Source of the DNA: a virus
Direction: 5' to 3' (one strand)
Virus record (IMG/VR): IMGVR_UViG_3300035523_000146
DNA: 64,000 nt
Below are positions 26,879 to 38,163 of the stretch, one piece after another. The first letter of the stretch is position 1, and each line of letters opens with the position of its first letter. The position numbers and the translations under genes were made by a program. The notes under the pieces were generated by a model that ran no database searches, was not told the DNA's origin, and saw nothing but the letters and a program-made list of their open reading frames with translations.

Positions 26879-29800
26879 ATGAGCAAGCTCGAAGACCTGC
26901 TGCCAAACGCATCCGTGCGCGGAATCCTGCCCGACGCCCTGGTCACGGTTGTGAGCGTGCAATGGTTCGGCTCTGAAGCTCTGGAACTGACTTATAAATC
27001 CCCTGCCGGCAAAGTCGCTAACGAACTGCTGTATCGCCACGATGAACCGCGCGTCCAGCTTGTTGAGCAAGGCCGGCCGTGGAGTTTCGACGGCGACGGC
27101 GCGCTGTTCCGGCTGGTGTCCGAGGCGCAGCGCATTCGGCTGGCGCACCTCTTCGATCCGGTGCTGGCCGTCCACACGTCAATCGTCGATCCGCTGCCGC
27201 ACCAGATTACCGCTGTGTATGAATCCATGCTACCGCGACAGCCGTTACGTTTCCTGCTTGCCGACGATCCTGGAGCCGGCAAAACGATCATGGCCGGGCT
27301 GTTCATTAAGGAACTGGTCGCGCGCGGCGACCTACAGCGTTGCCTCATCGTCTGTCCGGGCAGCTTGGCAGAACAATGGCAAGATGAGCTGTATCGCCGC
27401 TTCCACCTGCCCTTTGAGATTCTGACTACCGACAAGCTCGAAGCTGCGCGCACGGGCAACTGGTTCCTGGAAACGAACCTGGTCATCGCCCGGTTGGACA
27501 AACTGTCGCGCAACGAAGACGTGCAGCAAAAGCTCCAGGCGCCCGACTGTCGCTGGGATCTGGTGGTTTGCGACGAAGCACACAAAATGTCCGCCACCAT
27601 CTTCGGCGGCGAGACGAAGTACACGAAGCGCTACCTGCTTGGCCGTCTGCTATCTTCGCTGACACGGCACTTCTTGCTGATGACTGCGACTCCGCACAAC
27701 GGCAAGGAGGAGGACTTCCAGCTCTTCATGGCGCTTTTGGATGGTGATCGCTTCGAGGGTAAATTCCGCGATGGTGTCCACGTCGCCGACGTCTCCGACA
27801 TGATGCGCCGCATGGTGAAGGAAAGCCTGCTCAAGTTCGACGGCACACCGCTGTTCCCCGAGCGCATCGCGTACACGGTGCCGTATAAGCTCTCGCAGGC
27901 GGAAGCGCACCTTTACAAAGAAGTCACCGATTACGTCCGCGAAGAGTTCAACCGTGCCGAAGCGCTCGAAAACGATAAGCGCGCCGGCACGGTGGGCTTT
28001 GCCCTCACGATCTTGCAGCGCAGGCTGGCGTCATCGCCGGAAGCCATCTACCAGTCGTTGCGCCGGCGGCGGGAGCGCCTCGAAAGCCGGTTACGTGAAC
28101 TCGAAGTGCTTCAGCGTGGCGGTCAGGTTGCACCGGTCCAGGCACCTGGAATTCCGACACTCGACGTGGAAGACGTCGATGATTTAGAAGACGCGCCTGA
28201 CAATGAAGTCGAGGCCGCCGAAGGGGAGGTTCTTGACCAGGCAACAGCGGCGCGATCGATAGCTGAGCTCAAGATGGAAATTGGGACGCTGAAGGAACTG
28301 GAGTCGCTCGCCTTGGCTGTACGCCGCAGCGGCACGGACACCAAGTGGCGCGAACTGGCCAGCTTGCTCAGCGAGATCTTCACGCCAGCGAGCGTGACGC
28401 AGCGTGTGGCCGAGCCCGACGTTCCTTACGGCGCCGGGCCGATTCCGCGCCCCACTCCTTCACCGCGCCAGAAATTGGTCATCTTCACTGAGCACCGGGA
28501 CACGCTGAATTACCTGGATACGCGCATCACGGCGCTGCTGGGGCGGAAACAGGCCGTGGTCATCATCCATGGCGGCATCGGCCGTGAAGACCGGATGAAG
28601 GCCCAGGAATCTTTCAAGCACGACCCCGAAGTGCAGGTGCTTCTGGCCACGGATGCCGCCGGGGAAGGCATCAATCTGCAGCGCGCCCATTTGATGGTAA
28701 ATTACGACTTGCCCTGGAATCCCAACCGGCTGGAACAGCGTTTCGGCCGCATTCACCGTATCGGCCAGACGGAAGTTTGCCACTTGTGGAACCTGGTGGC
28801 CGAAGAAACCCGCGAAGGCGACGTCTACCGGCGGCTGCTGGACAAGCTGGAGCAGGCCCGCCAGGCGCTCGGCGGCCAGGTCTTTGACGTGCTGGGCAAG
28901 CTGCAGTTTGAAGGCAAGCCGCTCCGCGACCTGCTGATCCAAGCGATCCGCTATGGCGATCAGCCGGAGGTCCGCGCTCGACTTACGACGGTGTTGGATC
29001 AGGCACTCGACCGCGATCAGCTACGAAACCTGCTTGAAGAGCATGCGCTGGCCCACGACGCCATGGACGCCAGCCGTGTGCAGCACATCCGCGAAGATAT
29101 GGAGCGCGCGGAAGCCCGACGGCTGCAGCCCCACTACATCGAGTCCTTCTTCCACGAAGCCTTCCAGCGTCTGGGTGGCTCGGCTAAGCAGCGCGAATCT
29201 CGCCGCTACGAGATTACACATGTACCGGCGCCGGTGCGCAACCGCGACCGTCTGATCGGTATCGGTGAGCCGGTCTTGCCGCGTTACGAGCGCATCGCCT
29301 TTGATAAGACGTTAGTCGCTCCGCCGGGGCAGCCGCTGGCGGCGTTCGTCTGCCCAGGGCATCCGCTGCTGGATTCCGTCATCGACCTCACGCTGGAGCG
29401 CCACCGCGATCTGCTCAAGCGCGGCACGGTGCTGGTGGATGAGCGCGATCCGGGCCTTCAACCGCGCGTGCTGTTTTTCCTTGAGCATTCCATTCAGGAC
29501 GCCGGCGTGACGCGCTCCGGCGAGCGCCGCGTCATCTCCAAGCGCATGCTTTACGTTGAGCAAACCGCTGACGGTGCCACGCGCCATCTGCACTACGCGC
29601 CATACCTGGACTACCGGCCGCTGGCCAAAGACGAACCGCAGATCGATGCGCTCTTGTCCAGGCCCGAGTGCGCCTGGATCAGCCGCGCCCTGGAGCAGAA
29701 GGTGCAGGGCTACGCGATCGCGCAGGTGGTGCCCGAGCATCTGAAGGAAGTTCGAGACCGCAAGCTGGTGCTGATCGCCAAGACCGAGGCTGCCGTAAAG

Positions 29801-30460
29801 GATCGGCTAACAAAGGAGATCACCTACTGGGATCACCGTGCCGAGCAGCTCAAGGTCCAGGAGCAGGCCGGTAAGCCCAACGCCAAGCTCAACTCTGGGG
29901 AAGCCCGCAAGCGTGCCGACATTTTGCAGGGGCGTCTGCAAAAGCGATTGGAGGATTTGAAGCTCGAAGCACAGATCTCGCCGCTGCCGCCGGTGGTACT
30001 GGGTGGAATGCTGGTGGTGCCGGCCGGGCTGCTCGCGGCCATGGCCGGCCGTGCGGCGCCGGTGGCAACTACGCCGGCAAACACGCAGGCCAGCGCCGCG
30101 CGGGCCCGAGCAATCGTGATGGACGTCGAGCGCAAGCTGGGCTTCGATCCGACGGACCGGGAAGTTGAGAAGCTGGGCTACGATGTCGAAAGTCGCGTAC
30201 CCGGCACCGGCAAGCTGCGCTTCATCGAAGTCAAAGGCCGGGTCTCCGGCGCGCCGACGATCACGGTTACCCGCAACGAAATCCTGTACTCGCTCAACAA
30301 GCCAGAGGATTTCATTCTGGCCATCGTGGAGTTTACGGATAGCGACAACCACCAAGTTCACTATCTGCGCGAGCCTTTTCAGCGCGAGCCGGATTTCGGT
30401 GTGACCAGCGTGAACTACGACTTTACTGAGTTGATCCAACGCTCCGAGGAACCGAGGTAG
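26879..30460 (+). CDS. SNF2-family helicase with C-terminal DUF3883 nuclease-like domain
   Basis: LLADDPGAGKT, DEAH, QRRLASS, EQRFGRIHRIGQ; GYDVESR...FIEVKGR. Confidence 0.95.
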   Translation: MSKLEDLLPNASVRGILPDALVTVVSVQWFGSEALELTYKSPAGKVANELLYRHDEPRVQLVEQGRPWSFDGDGALFRLVSEAQRIRLAHLFDPVLAVHTSIVDPLPHQITAVYESMLPRQPLRFLLADDPGAGKTIMAGLFIKELVARGDLQRCLIVCPGSLAEQWQDELYRRFHLPFEILTTDKLEAARTGNWFLETNLVIARLDKLSRNEDVQQKLQAPDCRWDLVVCDEAHKMSATIFGGETKYTKRYLLGRLLSSLTRHFLLMTATPHNGKEEDFQLFMALLDGDRFEGKFRDGVHVADVSDMMRRMVKESLLKFDGTPLFPERIAYTVPYKLSQAEAHLYKEVTDYVREEFNRAEALENDKRAGTVGFALTILQRRLASSPEAIYQSLRRRRERLESRLRELEVLQRGGQVAPVQAPGIPTLDVEDVDDLEDAPDNEVEAAEGEVLDQATAARSIAELKMEIGTLKELESLALAVRRSGTDTKWRELASLLSEIFTPASVTQRVAEPDVPYGAGPIPRPTPSPRQKLVIFTEHRDTLNYLDTRITALLGRKQAVVIIHGGIGREDRMKAQESFKHDPEVQVLLATDAAGEGINLQRAHLMVNYDLPWNPNRLEQRFGRIHRIGQTEVCHLWNLVAEETREGDVYRRLLDKLEQARQALGGQVFDVLGKLQFEGKPLRDLLIQAIRYGDQPEVRARLTTVLDQALDRDQLRNLLEEHALAHDAMDASRVQHIREDMERAEARRLQPHYIESFFHEAFQRLGGSAKQRESRRYEITHVPAPVRNRDRLIGIGEPVLPRYERIAFDKTLVAPPGQPLAAFVCPGHPLLDSVIDLTLERHRDLLKRGTVLVDERDPGLQPRVLFFLEHSIQDAGVTRSGERRVISKRMLYVEQTADGATRHLHYAPYLDYRPLAKDEPQIDALLSRPECAWISRALEQKVQGYAIAQVVPEHLKEVRDRKLVLIAKTEAAVKDRLTKEITYWDHRAEQLKVQEQAGKPNAKLNSGEARKRADILQGRLQKRLEDLKLEAQISPLPPVVLGGMLVVPAGLLAAMAGRAAPVATTPANTQASAARARAIVMDVERKLGFDPTDREVEKLGYDVESRVPGTGKLRFIEVKGRVSGAPTITVTRNEILYSLNKPEDFILAIVEFTDSDNHQVHYLREPFQREPDFGVTSVNYDFTELIQRSEEPR

Positions 30461-30490
30461 CCCTCGCGGCTACTGCGAGAGGAAGAAGAT

Positions 30491-32305
30491 ATGGTGATCC
30501 ATGCAATTTGGGTGCGGAATGCCGGCAATCTCGAGAACGTCTTGTTTAACCTGTCTGGCCAGTATCTGTTCAAGTTGTCTTCCGACGCTCGGGTCCTGAC
30601 GATAGAGAGGAACCCGCGCTACATCCCTGGCTTCTGGAAACACAAGAACGTCGCCAGTGTCGCAGCTATCGTTGGGGAAAACGGGGCAGGCAAGACGAAT
30701 ATTCTGGATTGGATATTCTCCACATTACCACGGTCAGATCAGCCTCCGCCTAACAGAATGCACGAGTACTTGGTAGCTGTAGAAAAAGACGGCGCCTCCC
30801 ATGTGTTCTATCAGTTTGCGGGAGAAGGCGTCATCACGATTAACTCGCCAGACGGGGAAGGGCAATGGGAATCCACGGCACTGCACGACGTGGCACGCCC
30901 CAGCTCGCAATTTCCAGAGTTCTTTCATAAGGATGTCAGTTTCATCTACTACTCCAATGATCTGGCACCGCTAATGCGGACGCGTGATTCCGACTTACTA
31001 AAGAGCGGCCCAGAGACGCACAATATCTCAACCGCCTACTGCATGCGCCATGATGCGCTCAGATTGCGGAACGGGCCATCAGGTTCTATTAGCCAGGTCG
31101 AAGCACATGCGACGATGGAAGTTCTCCGCAACATAGAGTTCATCTTGGAAGAAGGGAGCGAGAGGTTTTGCCCCTTCAATTTTCCTAGTTGCCTCTACAT
31201 CGAACCCGAACGGATCCCCACCGAATTTCTTCAACCCAGTCAGCATTACGCCGAGAATGGAAAGCCCGGTTTTGTATTCAGATTGACATTGGCGGCGCTT
31301 GTCAGCCTCTTCAGAGACACCAACCCTCAGAAGGGCGACCCCCCGTTCGGGCGATTGCACGAGTCGCTATCGGGTGATTATTCCTTGGAATCAATGCGGA
31401 ACGAGATCGTGAAGATGGGCCGCCCGTACGGCGCCGTAGGCGAGAAGCGATTGGAGTTCCTCGATTTCGTGGCAAAGCGGGTTCCTGGTGACGTGTTCGC
31501 ATGGAATGGCGAAAGAGCCGAATTCACGACAGATGCGCAAAAGCTATCTGTACTTAGGGAGTTTTTCGGCACGTACGCAGCATCGGTTGCGATCACGCCG
31601 TTCGTTTCATGCCGTTGGCGCCACCGGCTTAGCGGCGGTGAACAGTCAATCCTCACGCTGTTTTCGAGAATCTGGAGCGTGTGCAGAGATAAGCCGGCGC
31701 GCAATATGAGAGTGGGAAAGCACGTCGTCCTCCTCTTAGATGAGGCCGATATTTGCTTCCATCCCGAGTGGCAGAAGCGGCTCTTCGACCTATTGCTTGA
31801 GTTCACGGCAAGAATGGCATTTAGGGATTCCGAAATCCAGATACTGATGACGTCGAACTCGCCTTTCTGCGTTTCGGATATTCCACGAGACAACGTAATA
31901 CTGCTCGAGCGGGACAAGAGTAGTTATGTTTCAAAGGTTGCCGACACTGGGTGTCTTGGTGAGACGTTCGGCGCTAACATCCATTCGCTATTGGCCAAGT
32001 CGTTCTTCATGAAGCAGTCACTTATGGGTGATTTTGCTCGACACCAGATCAGGGATCTGGTTCAGTGGCTGACAGAAGATCAAAATGAAAATGCTGCGGA
32101 GTGGATCAACGAGGAGACCGCATTAGTAGCGATTGATCTGATCGGGGAGCCATTGCTTCGTGAACGAATGCGCGACCTTTACCGTAGACATGCCGGCGAC
32201 ACCGATTCCGAGATCGCTCGTAAAAGGAGACTTGAGAGGCTACGCGCAGAGCTTGCGGAACTTGAGGCAAGAGAGCAAGAGAATGGATCGGAACCGCTAC
32301 AATGA
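30491..32305 (+). CDS. ABC-type AAA ATPase, Septu PtuA-like
   Basis: GENGAGKT, LSGGEQ, LLLDEAD..FHPEWQ, TSNSPF, ETFGANIH.LL...FF. Confidence 0.88.
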   Translation: MVIHAIWVRNAGNLENVLFNLSGQYLFKLSSDARVLTIERNPRYIPGFWKHKNVASVAAIVGENGAGKTNILDWIFSTLPRSDQPPPNRMHEYLVAVEKDGASHVFYQFAGEGVITINSPDGEGQWESTALHDVARPSSQFPEFFHKDVSFIYYSNDLAPLMRTRDSDLLKSGPETHNISTAYCMRHDALRLRNGPSGSISQVEAHATMEVLRNIEFILEEGSERFCPFNFPSCLYIEPERIPTEFLQPSQHYAENGKPGFVFRLTLAALVSLFRDTNPQKGDPPFGRLHESLSGDYSLESMRNEIVKMGRPYGAVGEKRLEFLDFVAKRVPGDVFAWNGERAEFTTDAQKLSVLREFFGTYAASVAITPFVSCRWRHRLSGGEQSILTLFSRIWSVCRDKPARNMRVGKHVVLLLDEADICFHPEWQKRLFDLLLEFTARMAFRDSEIQILMTSNSPFCVSDIPRDNVILLERDKSSYVSKVADTGCLGETFGANIHSLLAKSFFMKQSLMGDFARHQIRDLVQWLTEDQNENAAEWINEETALVAIDLIGEPLLRERMRDLYRRHAGDTDSEIARKRRLERLRAELAELEAREQENGSEPLQ

Positions 32306-33477
32306 TTCATGTACGTCACACCGACCTCGGTCGGATAGCAGAAGAGCACACTTCAAGGTTGCTTGATTGGATAACCGAGAGAATTGACTGCGCCATTATG
32401 CTCATGGTGGACATGCGACCCGAAGCACCACATCCAAGTGGCCTCACACTACAATCCCATTTGCTGCACACGCTCTCGCGCGGTCCCGCGACAGCCCTCT
32501 TACGAAAATGCTATCCAGTGCCAAGCGGGATCGCATCCCAAAAGCTGATAGCGCACGTACTTGAGAACATTCCGCCGCAGCCAAGCTTTGCTAGTAACGC
32601 AGGGGTGATACATACACTACTGCAGAATGTGAGAAATAACCTGAAGGACCTGTTGAGGAGCCGCCCAGATGTCCTCGAGCAATTGGACCATGATCTGGGC
32701 CTGACGTACAAGGGCATGGGTTGGGAAGAAGAGGCCAAGGGCCTCCTGGAGTTTATATTCGACTACGAAGCATGGACCGAGCCCGGGGAATGGGCAACCA
32801 CGACGCTGAAGTGGGGGCCTCAGGACTTGATACGGAGAATTGGCCTACGCACGTGCCCATACTGTAACCGTGCCTACATCTATTCGGTCTCCCGTCGAAA
32901 GGGTAACGTGGAGGTCCGAGCCGACTTGGACCATTTCTTTGACAAAGCGGAACATCCGCTACTGGGATTGTCCTTCTATAACCTCGTCCCGAGTTGTACC
33001 ACGTGCAACTCTAGGCTCAAGGCTCGGACACCGTTCACGCTTGACCAATACATGCATCCGTACGTTGAGGGCTTCGATGATGACGCGGTGTTCAGAGTAG
33101 GCAAGCACGCATCAGCCCTTGATCCTCAACAGTTGCTCGAAGATCCTGAGTCTATAGGTGTGCATATTGAAAATCGGGTTGATGCGGCCAACCCAAAGCG
33201 CGCAAAGATTAATTCGCATATAGAGTTGTTCTGCTTGGAGAAGTTCTACAAAGGACATTGCGACGTGGTGGCGGATGCCATCGTGCGCTATCGCATGTAC
33301 ACGCCGGAACTGGTACGCGCTCTGATCTCGTCCTTCGGAAGAGGAGTATTGACGGAAAAATACGTTCGAAGAGTGTTGTGGGGAAACTACACCGACATCG
33401 AGGACCTGCACCGCCGCCCGCTGGCGAAGCTGACGCGCGACGTACTCAACGATCTCGGATTCACTTGGAAGGATTAG
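32302..33477 (+). CDS. HNH endonuclease, Septu PtuB-like
   Basis: CPYCN, LDHFF.K...P.L.LS.YNLVPSC..CN; 4-bp overlap with the ATPase. Confidence 0.88.
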   Translation: MIHVRHTDLGRIAEEHTSRLLDWITERIDCAIMLMVDMRPEAPHPSGLTLQSHLLHTLSRGPATALLRKCYPVPSGIASQKLIAHVLENIPPQPSFASNAGVIHTLLQNVRNNLKDLLRSRPDVLEQLDHDLGLTYKGMGWEEEAKGLLEFIFDYEAWTEPGEWATTTLKWGPQDLIRRIGLRTCPYCNRAYIYSVSRRKGNVEVRADLDHFFDKAEHPLLGLSFYNLVPSCTTCNSRLKARTPFTLDQYMHPYVEGFDDDAVFRVGKHASALDPQQLLEDPESIGVHIENRVDAANPKRAKINSHIELFCLEKFYKGHCDVVADAIVRYRMYTPELVRALISSFGRGVLTEKYVRRVLWGNYTDIEDLHRRPLAKLTRDVLNDLGFTWKD

Positions 33478-33490
33478 GGGACTGTAGCTG

Positions 33491-33592
33491 ATGGCCAAGA
33501 AGCTCATCGAAATGGCGCTGCCGCTGGAAGCGATCAACAAGCCGTGCCCGCGGGAGAAGACGCAAAACGTCAATGAGGACCGGCGATGTTAA
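33491..33592 (+). pseudogene. Stub duplicate of the DUF1156 methyltransferase 5' end
   Basis: 33495-33559 matches 34992-35056 at 57/65 nt by manual alignment; encodes [17 protein letters not shown]. Confidence 0.85.
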
Positions 33593-34404
33593 TGGCGCTT
33601 ATCCACGGCAAGCTCTCGCGCGAGCAGGAGAACATGGAGGACATCCTTACCTCCAGCGTTTTCGGATCGATGGAACTTTGCGGAGCCAATAATCTATTAA
33701 TTGCGTTTCTGAAACAGGCACGGACGTTGCCCGGGCGACGGCCCTTTGCCGACGACCGCCGCATCTCCCGCGTAAACTACACATTCTGGCCTGCGTGCAC
33801 CGAATGCGATGATGCGTATTTTGCGGAACCCGATTTGGAACTGGAAATCATACTGGACGACAACAGTGAACATCTCCTGTTTGTCGAAGCGAAGTTTCTT
33901 TCCGGCAAATCGTCTTTCGATCTTGCTGAAGACGGCGAGGAAGAGCGCGCTCCGGAGCCCTTCCCCGAAACTCCACGATCAAAGGATCAACTGGCAAAGG
34001 AGTGGGCTCAACTGCAGCGACGGGCTAAAGAACAAGGAAGACGTCCGGCTCTGATCTATTTGACGGCAGATACGGCGCCGCCGGTAATCGAGATTGAGGA
34101 ATCGAGAGTCGCGGCTTCAAGAGTCCTAAGGCCCGGCGATCAGGAGTTCGAATGCTTCTGGCTGTCGTGGCGACACCTCTGCTCAATGCTGCGCCCAGAA
34201 AAGGGGCGCCTCGAATCCGAGTTATTGCGCATGCTGGTTCACCTGGACCTGCACTTTTTTGACGGCTTTCGATGGCCGAACTTTCCGCAAGCGATCTGTT
34301 GGCGATTTGCGGTGACGCCAATGGCGCGGTCAGCAAAGAACCGCCCGAAACTCCCCATCGGCCTGGCTAGTGGGCCGCAGCTATCCTGGAGGTTCAATCA
34401 ATGA
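33586..34404 (+). CDS. PD-(D/E)XK-superfamily nuclease-like protein
   Basis: EDILTSSVFG, EPDLEL, LFVEAKF. Confidence 0.7.
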   Translation: MLMALIHGKLSREQENMEDILTSSVFGSMELCGANNLLIAFLKQARTLPGRRPFADDRRISRVNYTFWPACTECDDAYFAEPDLELEIILDDNSEHLLFVEAKFLSGKSSFDLAEDGEEERAPEPFPETPRSKDQLAKEWAQLQRRAKEQGRRPALIYLTADTAPPVIEIEESRVAASRVLRPGDQEFECFWLSWRHLCSMLRPEKGRLESELLRMLVHLDLHFFDGFRWPNFPQAICWRFAVTPMARSAKNRPKLPIGLASGPQLSWRFNQ

Positions 34405-34985
34405 CGGAATCCACTCAGAATCTGAAGAGGGCCATTGATGCTCTTCGTGATGTGACTAAGCAGATCGCCTTGCTGCTGAAAACTGCAGATGGATTAATGG
34501 AAGAACATAACTGGATGGTCCGAAGGGGTAACTGCATTTCCGGGAGTACTGGAATCGAATCGCCATTTGAATGGATTCCCAGCTACTTCTTAAGGACATA
34601 CTCAAATTCCGATTCTCCACAAGTGACCGCATATGTATGCGTAATTCTCAGTGCGCCGTCGGATGATGACGAGGTAGTCGTAAAAGAACCACTGATCACC
34701 GCCTGTTGGTGTTACTGGGGCAATGTCAAGAAGCCCAGAAGTGAACTACTCGCGGGTTGGGCCCCATCGCATCTTTGGGCGGAGGGACGCAATGACGACG
34801 GAACGATTGTTCGAACTGACGTTAAGAAAAAATGGCCAAAGGATTATAAAAGCGGCGTGACTGAGTTTTACTCCCTCGCGTTGCCGCTGGACCAGATTAC
34901 ATCGGAAGATGACCTGAAGGCAAAGATAATCGATCCGTTTGCCACTGGCGTCGAAGAGCGGCATGGAAAGCGAAAAGGCAAATGA
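34401..34985 (+). CDS. Hypothetical protein
   Basis: 194-aa ORF with 4-bp overlaps to both neighbours. Confidence 0.75.
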   Translation: MTESTQNLKRAIDALRDVTKQIALLLKTADGLMEEHNWMVRRGNCISGSTGIESPFEWIPSYFLRTYSNSDSPQVTAYVCVILSAPSDDDEVVVKEPLITACWCYWGNVKKPRSELLAGWAPSHLWAEGRNDDGTIVRTDVKKKWPKDYKSGVTEFYSLALPLDQITSEDDLKAKIIDPFATGVEERHGKRKGK

Positions 34986-37903
34986 CCTATCCCAAGAAGC
35001 TCATCGAAGTGGCGCTGCCGCTGGAGGCGATTAACAAGGCTTCGGCGCGGGAGAAGTCGATCCGGCATGGGCATCCGTCCACGTTGCATTTGTGGTGGGC
35101 GCGGCGGCCGCTGGCGGCGGCGCGGGCTGTGATCTTTGCGCAGATGGTGGACGATCCGTCGGCGCACCCGGACCTGTTCCCCACGGAGAAGAAGCAGGAG
35201 AAGGAACGGCAGCGGCTGTTCAAGATCATCGAAGATTTGGTGCTGTGGGAGAACACCACCAACGAGAAGGTGCTGCAAGCGGCGCGCGATGAGATCTGGC
35301 AAAGCTGGCGCTACGCCTGCGCGGCAAACGCGGACCATCCGCGCGCGAAGGAACTCTTCGACCGCAACAAGCTGCCGGCGTTTCACGATCCCTTCGCCGG
35401 CGGCGGGGCATTGCCGCTGGAGGCGCAGCGGCTGGGGCTGGAAAGCTACGCCAGCGATCTGAACCCGGTCGCGGTGCTGATCAACAAGGCGATGATCGAA
35501 ATTCCACCGAAGTTCGCCGGCAAGCCGCCGGTGAACCCCGAGGCGCGCAAAGAGAAGACGCTGCTGGCGCGCGAGTGGCGCGGCGCGCAGGGCCTGGCGG
35601 AGGACGTGCGCTACTACGGGAAGTGGATGCGCGACGAAGCCGAGAAGCGCATCGGGCATCTGTACCCGAAGATCGAAGTCACGGCGGAGATGGCTAAGCC
35701 GCGGCCGGACCTGAAACAGTACGTCGGCCAGAAGCTCACTGTCATCGCCTGGCTCTGGGCGCGCACGGTAAAAAGCCCCGACCCGGCCTATGCGCACATC
35801 CATGTGCCGCTTGTATCGACATTCATGCTCTCGCCGAAAGCCGGTAGTGAATCTTACGTGATGCCTGTAATGCAAAAGGACGGTTATTTCTTCACGGTGA
35901 ACGTGGGCCTATCGAAAGAAGTGGATCTGGTCACGAACGGCACGAAGTTGGCTCGCGCTAATTTCGTCTGTTTGATGTCTAAAGCGCCGATCTCTGGCGA
36001 CTATATCAAAGCCGAGGGAAAAGCCGGGCGCATGGGTGTCCGATTGATGGCGATTGTGGCTGAAGGTGAACGCGGCCGAGTTTATATTTCACCTTTGCCC
36101 TCGCATGAAGAGAGGGCGCAACAAGCGCATCCGACCTGGCTACCGGAAGGTGAAATTGCCGCCCGCATGACTGGTGGAAACTGCACACCTTACGGGCTTA
36201 CTCGCTGGTGCGACCTTTTCACGCCGCGCCAACTTGAGGCACTTACGACGTTTTCAGATCTTGTACTGGCAGTCTGTGAACGGGCGAAGCTCGACGCATT
36301 GGCTGCTGGCCTTCCAAAAGACGGCAATCATCTGCGCGACGGAGGCAGCGGCGCCACAGCTTATGGAGACGCCATAGCGACTTACTTAGGCTTGGCGGGC
36401 AGTCGTTTTGCGGATCGCAATAACGCGCTCTGCACGTGGGACTCCGGTCCGGTCGGAACCCGGTCGTCAACCGGAGGTTCAGCTCGCACAGCGAGTCTGC
36501 GAAATCTGTTTGCTCGGCAGGCAATACCAATGGCGTGGGATTACGGCGAGGCAAATCCATTTAGCGATTCTGGAGGTGGTTATAATAGCGCACTAGAATG
36601 GATTGAACCCGCTATTAAGTTCCTGCCCGGAACTACATCCGGGCACGCAACAGCGGAAGACGCTCAATCGCAGTCTGTTACGAATGCCAAAGTCGTCTCC
36701 ACAGATCCTCCGTACTTCGACAACATCGGCTACGCCGATCTCTCGGATTTCTTTTATGTCTGGCTACGCCGCGCACTAAAGCCCATCTTCCCGAACGTCT
36801 TCGCCACAGTCGCGGTGCCCAAGGCCGAGGAACTGGTGGCAACGGCACATCGCCACGGAGGCAAAGACGCAGCCGAGAAATTCTTCTTGGACGGAATGAC
36901 GCAGGCCATGCATTGTCTTGCAGGGCAGGCCCACCCAGGCTTCCCGGTGACCATTTATTACGCCTTCAAGCAGGCCGAGAGCGATAGTGTAGATGGAACT
37001 ACAAATACAGGATGGGACACGTTCCTCGATGCGGTGATTCGCGCGGGTTTTGCAGTCAGCGGCACGTGGCCGATGCGCACTGAACTTAGCAATCGGATGA
37101 TCGGTTCAGGCACGAATGCCCTCGCCTCCAGCATCATCCTCGTCTGCCGCAAGCGCCCAGAGAACGCCCCCAGCGCCACGCGCCGCGAGTTCGTCAACGC
37201 GCTAAAGGCCGAACTGCCGGCGGCCCTCGCCCATCTGCAACGCGGCAATATCGCGCCGGTGGACTTGGCGCAGGCTGCCATAGGGCCGGGCATGGCGGTC
37301 TACACGCGCTACGCGAAGGTGCTCGACGCCGAAGGCAAACCGCTCTCCGTGCGCGAGGCGCTGTCGCTCATCAATCAGACCCTCGATGAAGCGCTGGCCG
37401 AGCAGGAAGGCGACTTCGACGCCGACAGCCGCTGGGCGCTGGCCTGGTTCGAGCACACCGGCTTTGCCGACGGCGAGTACGGCGTCGCCGAGACGCTCAG
37501 CAAAGCCAAGAACACCAGCGTTGCCGGGTTGGTCGATGCCGGCATCCTGGCATCCAGTCGAGGCAAGGTGCGGCTGCTGAAGCCGTCCGAATTGCCTGCC
37601 GACTGGGATCCGACGACCGACGAGCGTCTTACCGCGTGGGAAATGGTCCACCACATGGTCCGCGTGCTCGAATCCGGCGGCGAAAGCGCCGCAGCCGCTC
37701 TGGCCGCCAAGCTCGGCAGCAAGGCCGAAGTCGCCCGCGAGCTCTGCTATCGCTTGTACACCCTCTGCGAGCGCAAGAAGCGCGCGAATGAAGCCTTGGC
37801 CTACAACGCCCTGGTCCAAAGCTGGCCCGAAATCGTGCGCCTGGCCCACGAAGGCACCGTGGCCAAAAAGAAAGAGCAGGGGGAGTTGTTCGAAGAGGAA
37901 TAA
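34982..37903 (+). CDS. DUF1156-containing adenine DNA methyltransferase
   Basis: [10 protein letters not shown]...[18 protein letters not shown] (SAM-binding), TDPPY (catalytic). Confidence 0.95.
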   Translation: MTYPKKLIEVALPLEAINKASAREKSIRHGHPSTLHLWWARRPLAAARAVIFAQMVDDPSAHPDLFPTEKKQEKERQRLFKIIEDLVLWENTTNEKVLQAARDEIWQSWRYACAANADHPRAKELFDRNKLPAFHDPFAGGGALPLEAQRLGLESYASDLNPVAVLINKAMIEIPPKFAGKPPVNPEARKEKTLLAREWRGAQGLAEDVRYYGKWMRDEAEKRIGHLYPKIEVTAEMAKPRPDLKQYVGQKLTVIAWLWARTVKSPDPAYAHIHVPLVSTFMLSPKAGSESYVMPVMQKDGYFFTVNVGLSKEVDLVTNGTKLARANFVCLMSKAPISGDYIKAEGKAGRMGVRLMAIVAEGERGRVYISPLPSHEERAQQAHPTWLPEGEIAARMTGGNCTPYGLTRWCDLFTPRQLEALTTFSDLVLAVCERAKLDALAAGLPKDGNHLRDGGSGATAYGDAIATYLGLAGSRFADRNNALCTWDSGPVGTRSSTGGSARTASLRNLFARQAIPMAWDYGEANPFSDSGGGYNSALEWIEPAIKFLPGTTSGHATAEDAQSQSVTNAKVVSTDPPYFDNIGYADLSDFFYVWLRRALKPIFPNVFATVAVPKAEELVATAHRHGGKDAAEKFFLDGMTQAMHCLAGQAHPGFPVTIYYAFKQAESDSVDGTTNTGWDTFLDAVIRAGFAVSGTWPMRTELSNRMIGSGTNALASSIILVCRKRPENAPSATRREFVNALKAELPAALAHLQRGNIAPVDLAQAAIGPGMAVYTRYAKVLDAEGKPLSVREALSLINQTLDEALAEQEGDFDADSRWALAWFEHTGFADGEYGVAETLSKAKNTSVAGLVDAGILASSRGKVRLLKPSELPADWDPTTDERLTAWEMVHHMVRVLESGGESAAAALAAKLGSKAEVARELCYRLYTLCERKKRANEALAYNALVQSWPEIVRLAHEGTVAKKKEQGELFEEE

Positions 37904-37927
37904 GGCAAACCATCGGAGGGGTCTTTC

Positions 37928-38101
37928 ATGGCGGCAGAGTACAAGAAGAGGAAGCACGAGCCAATGGGGTTCATGAGTATTGAACTTGGGACGGCCGTCA
38001 AATACGCGACCCGCCACCGCACGGAGGAACAGGAACTAAAGCAGTCAGGGTGGATCAAGGCGGCCCGCGTTTCACCCTCTGCTCTGAAACGTAGGCGGTG
38101 A
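37928..38101 (+). CDS. Possible 57-aa basic protein or gene remnant
   Basis: GGAGG RBS; MAAEYKKRKHEP...KRRR read manually; no family recognised. Confidence 0.3.
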   Translation: MAAEYKKRKHEPMGFMSIELGTAVKYATRHRTEEQELKQSGWIKAARVSPSALKRRR

Positions 38102-38163
38102 ACGCGTGCCCGTCGGATGCAAAGGATAGTCAGAAGTAGGCAGTTTGTACAAGGAGCCCGGGA

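Noticed and set aside
26011-26946. 311-aa minus-strand ORF as an intact gene
   Set aside because: Only the central about 105 aa is protein-like; the flanks overlap other features and read as noise.
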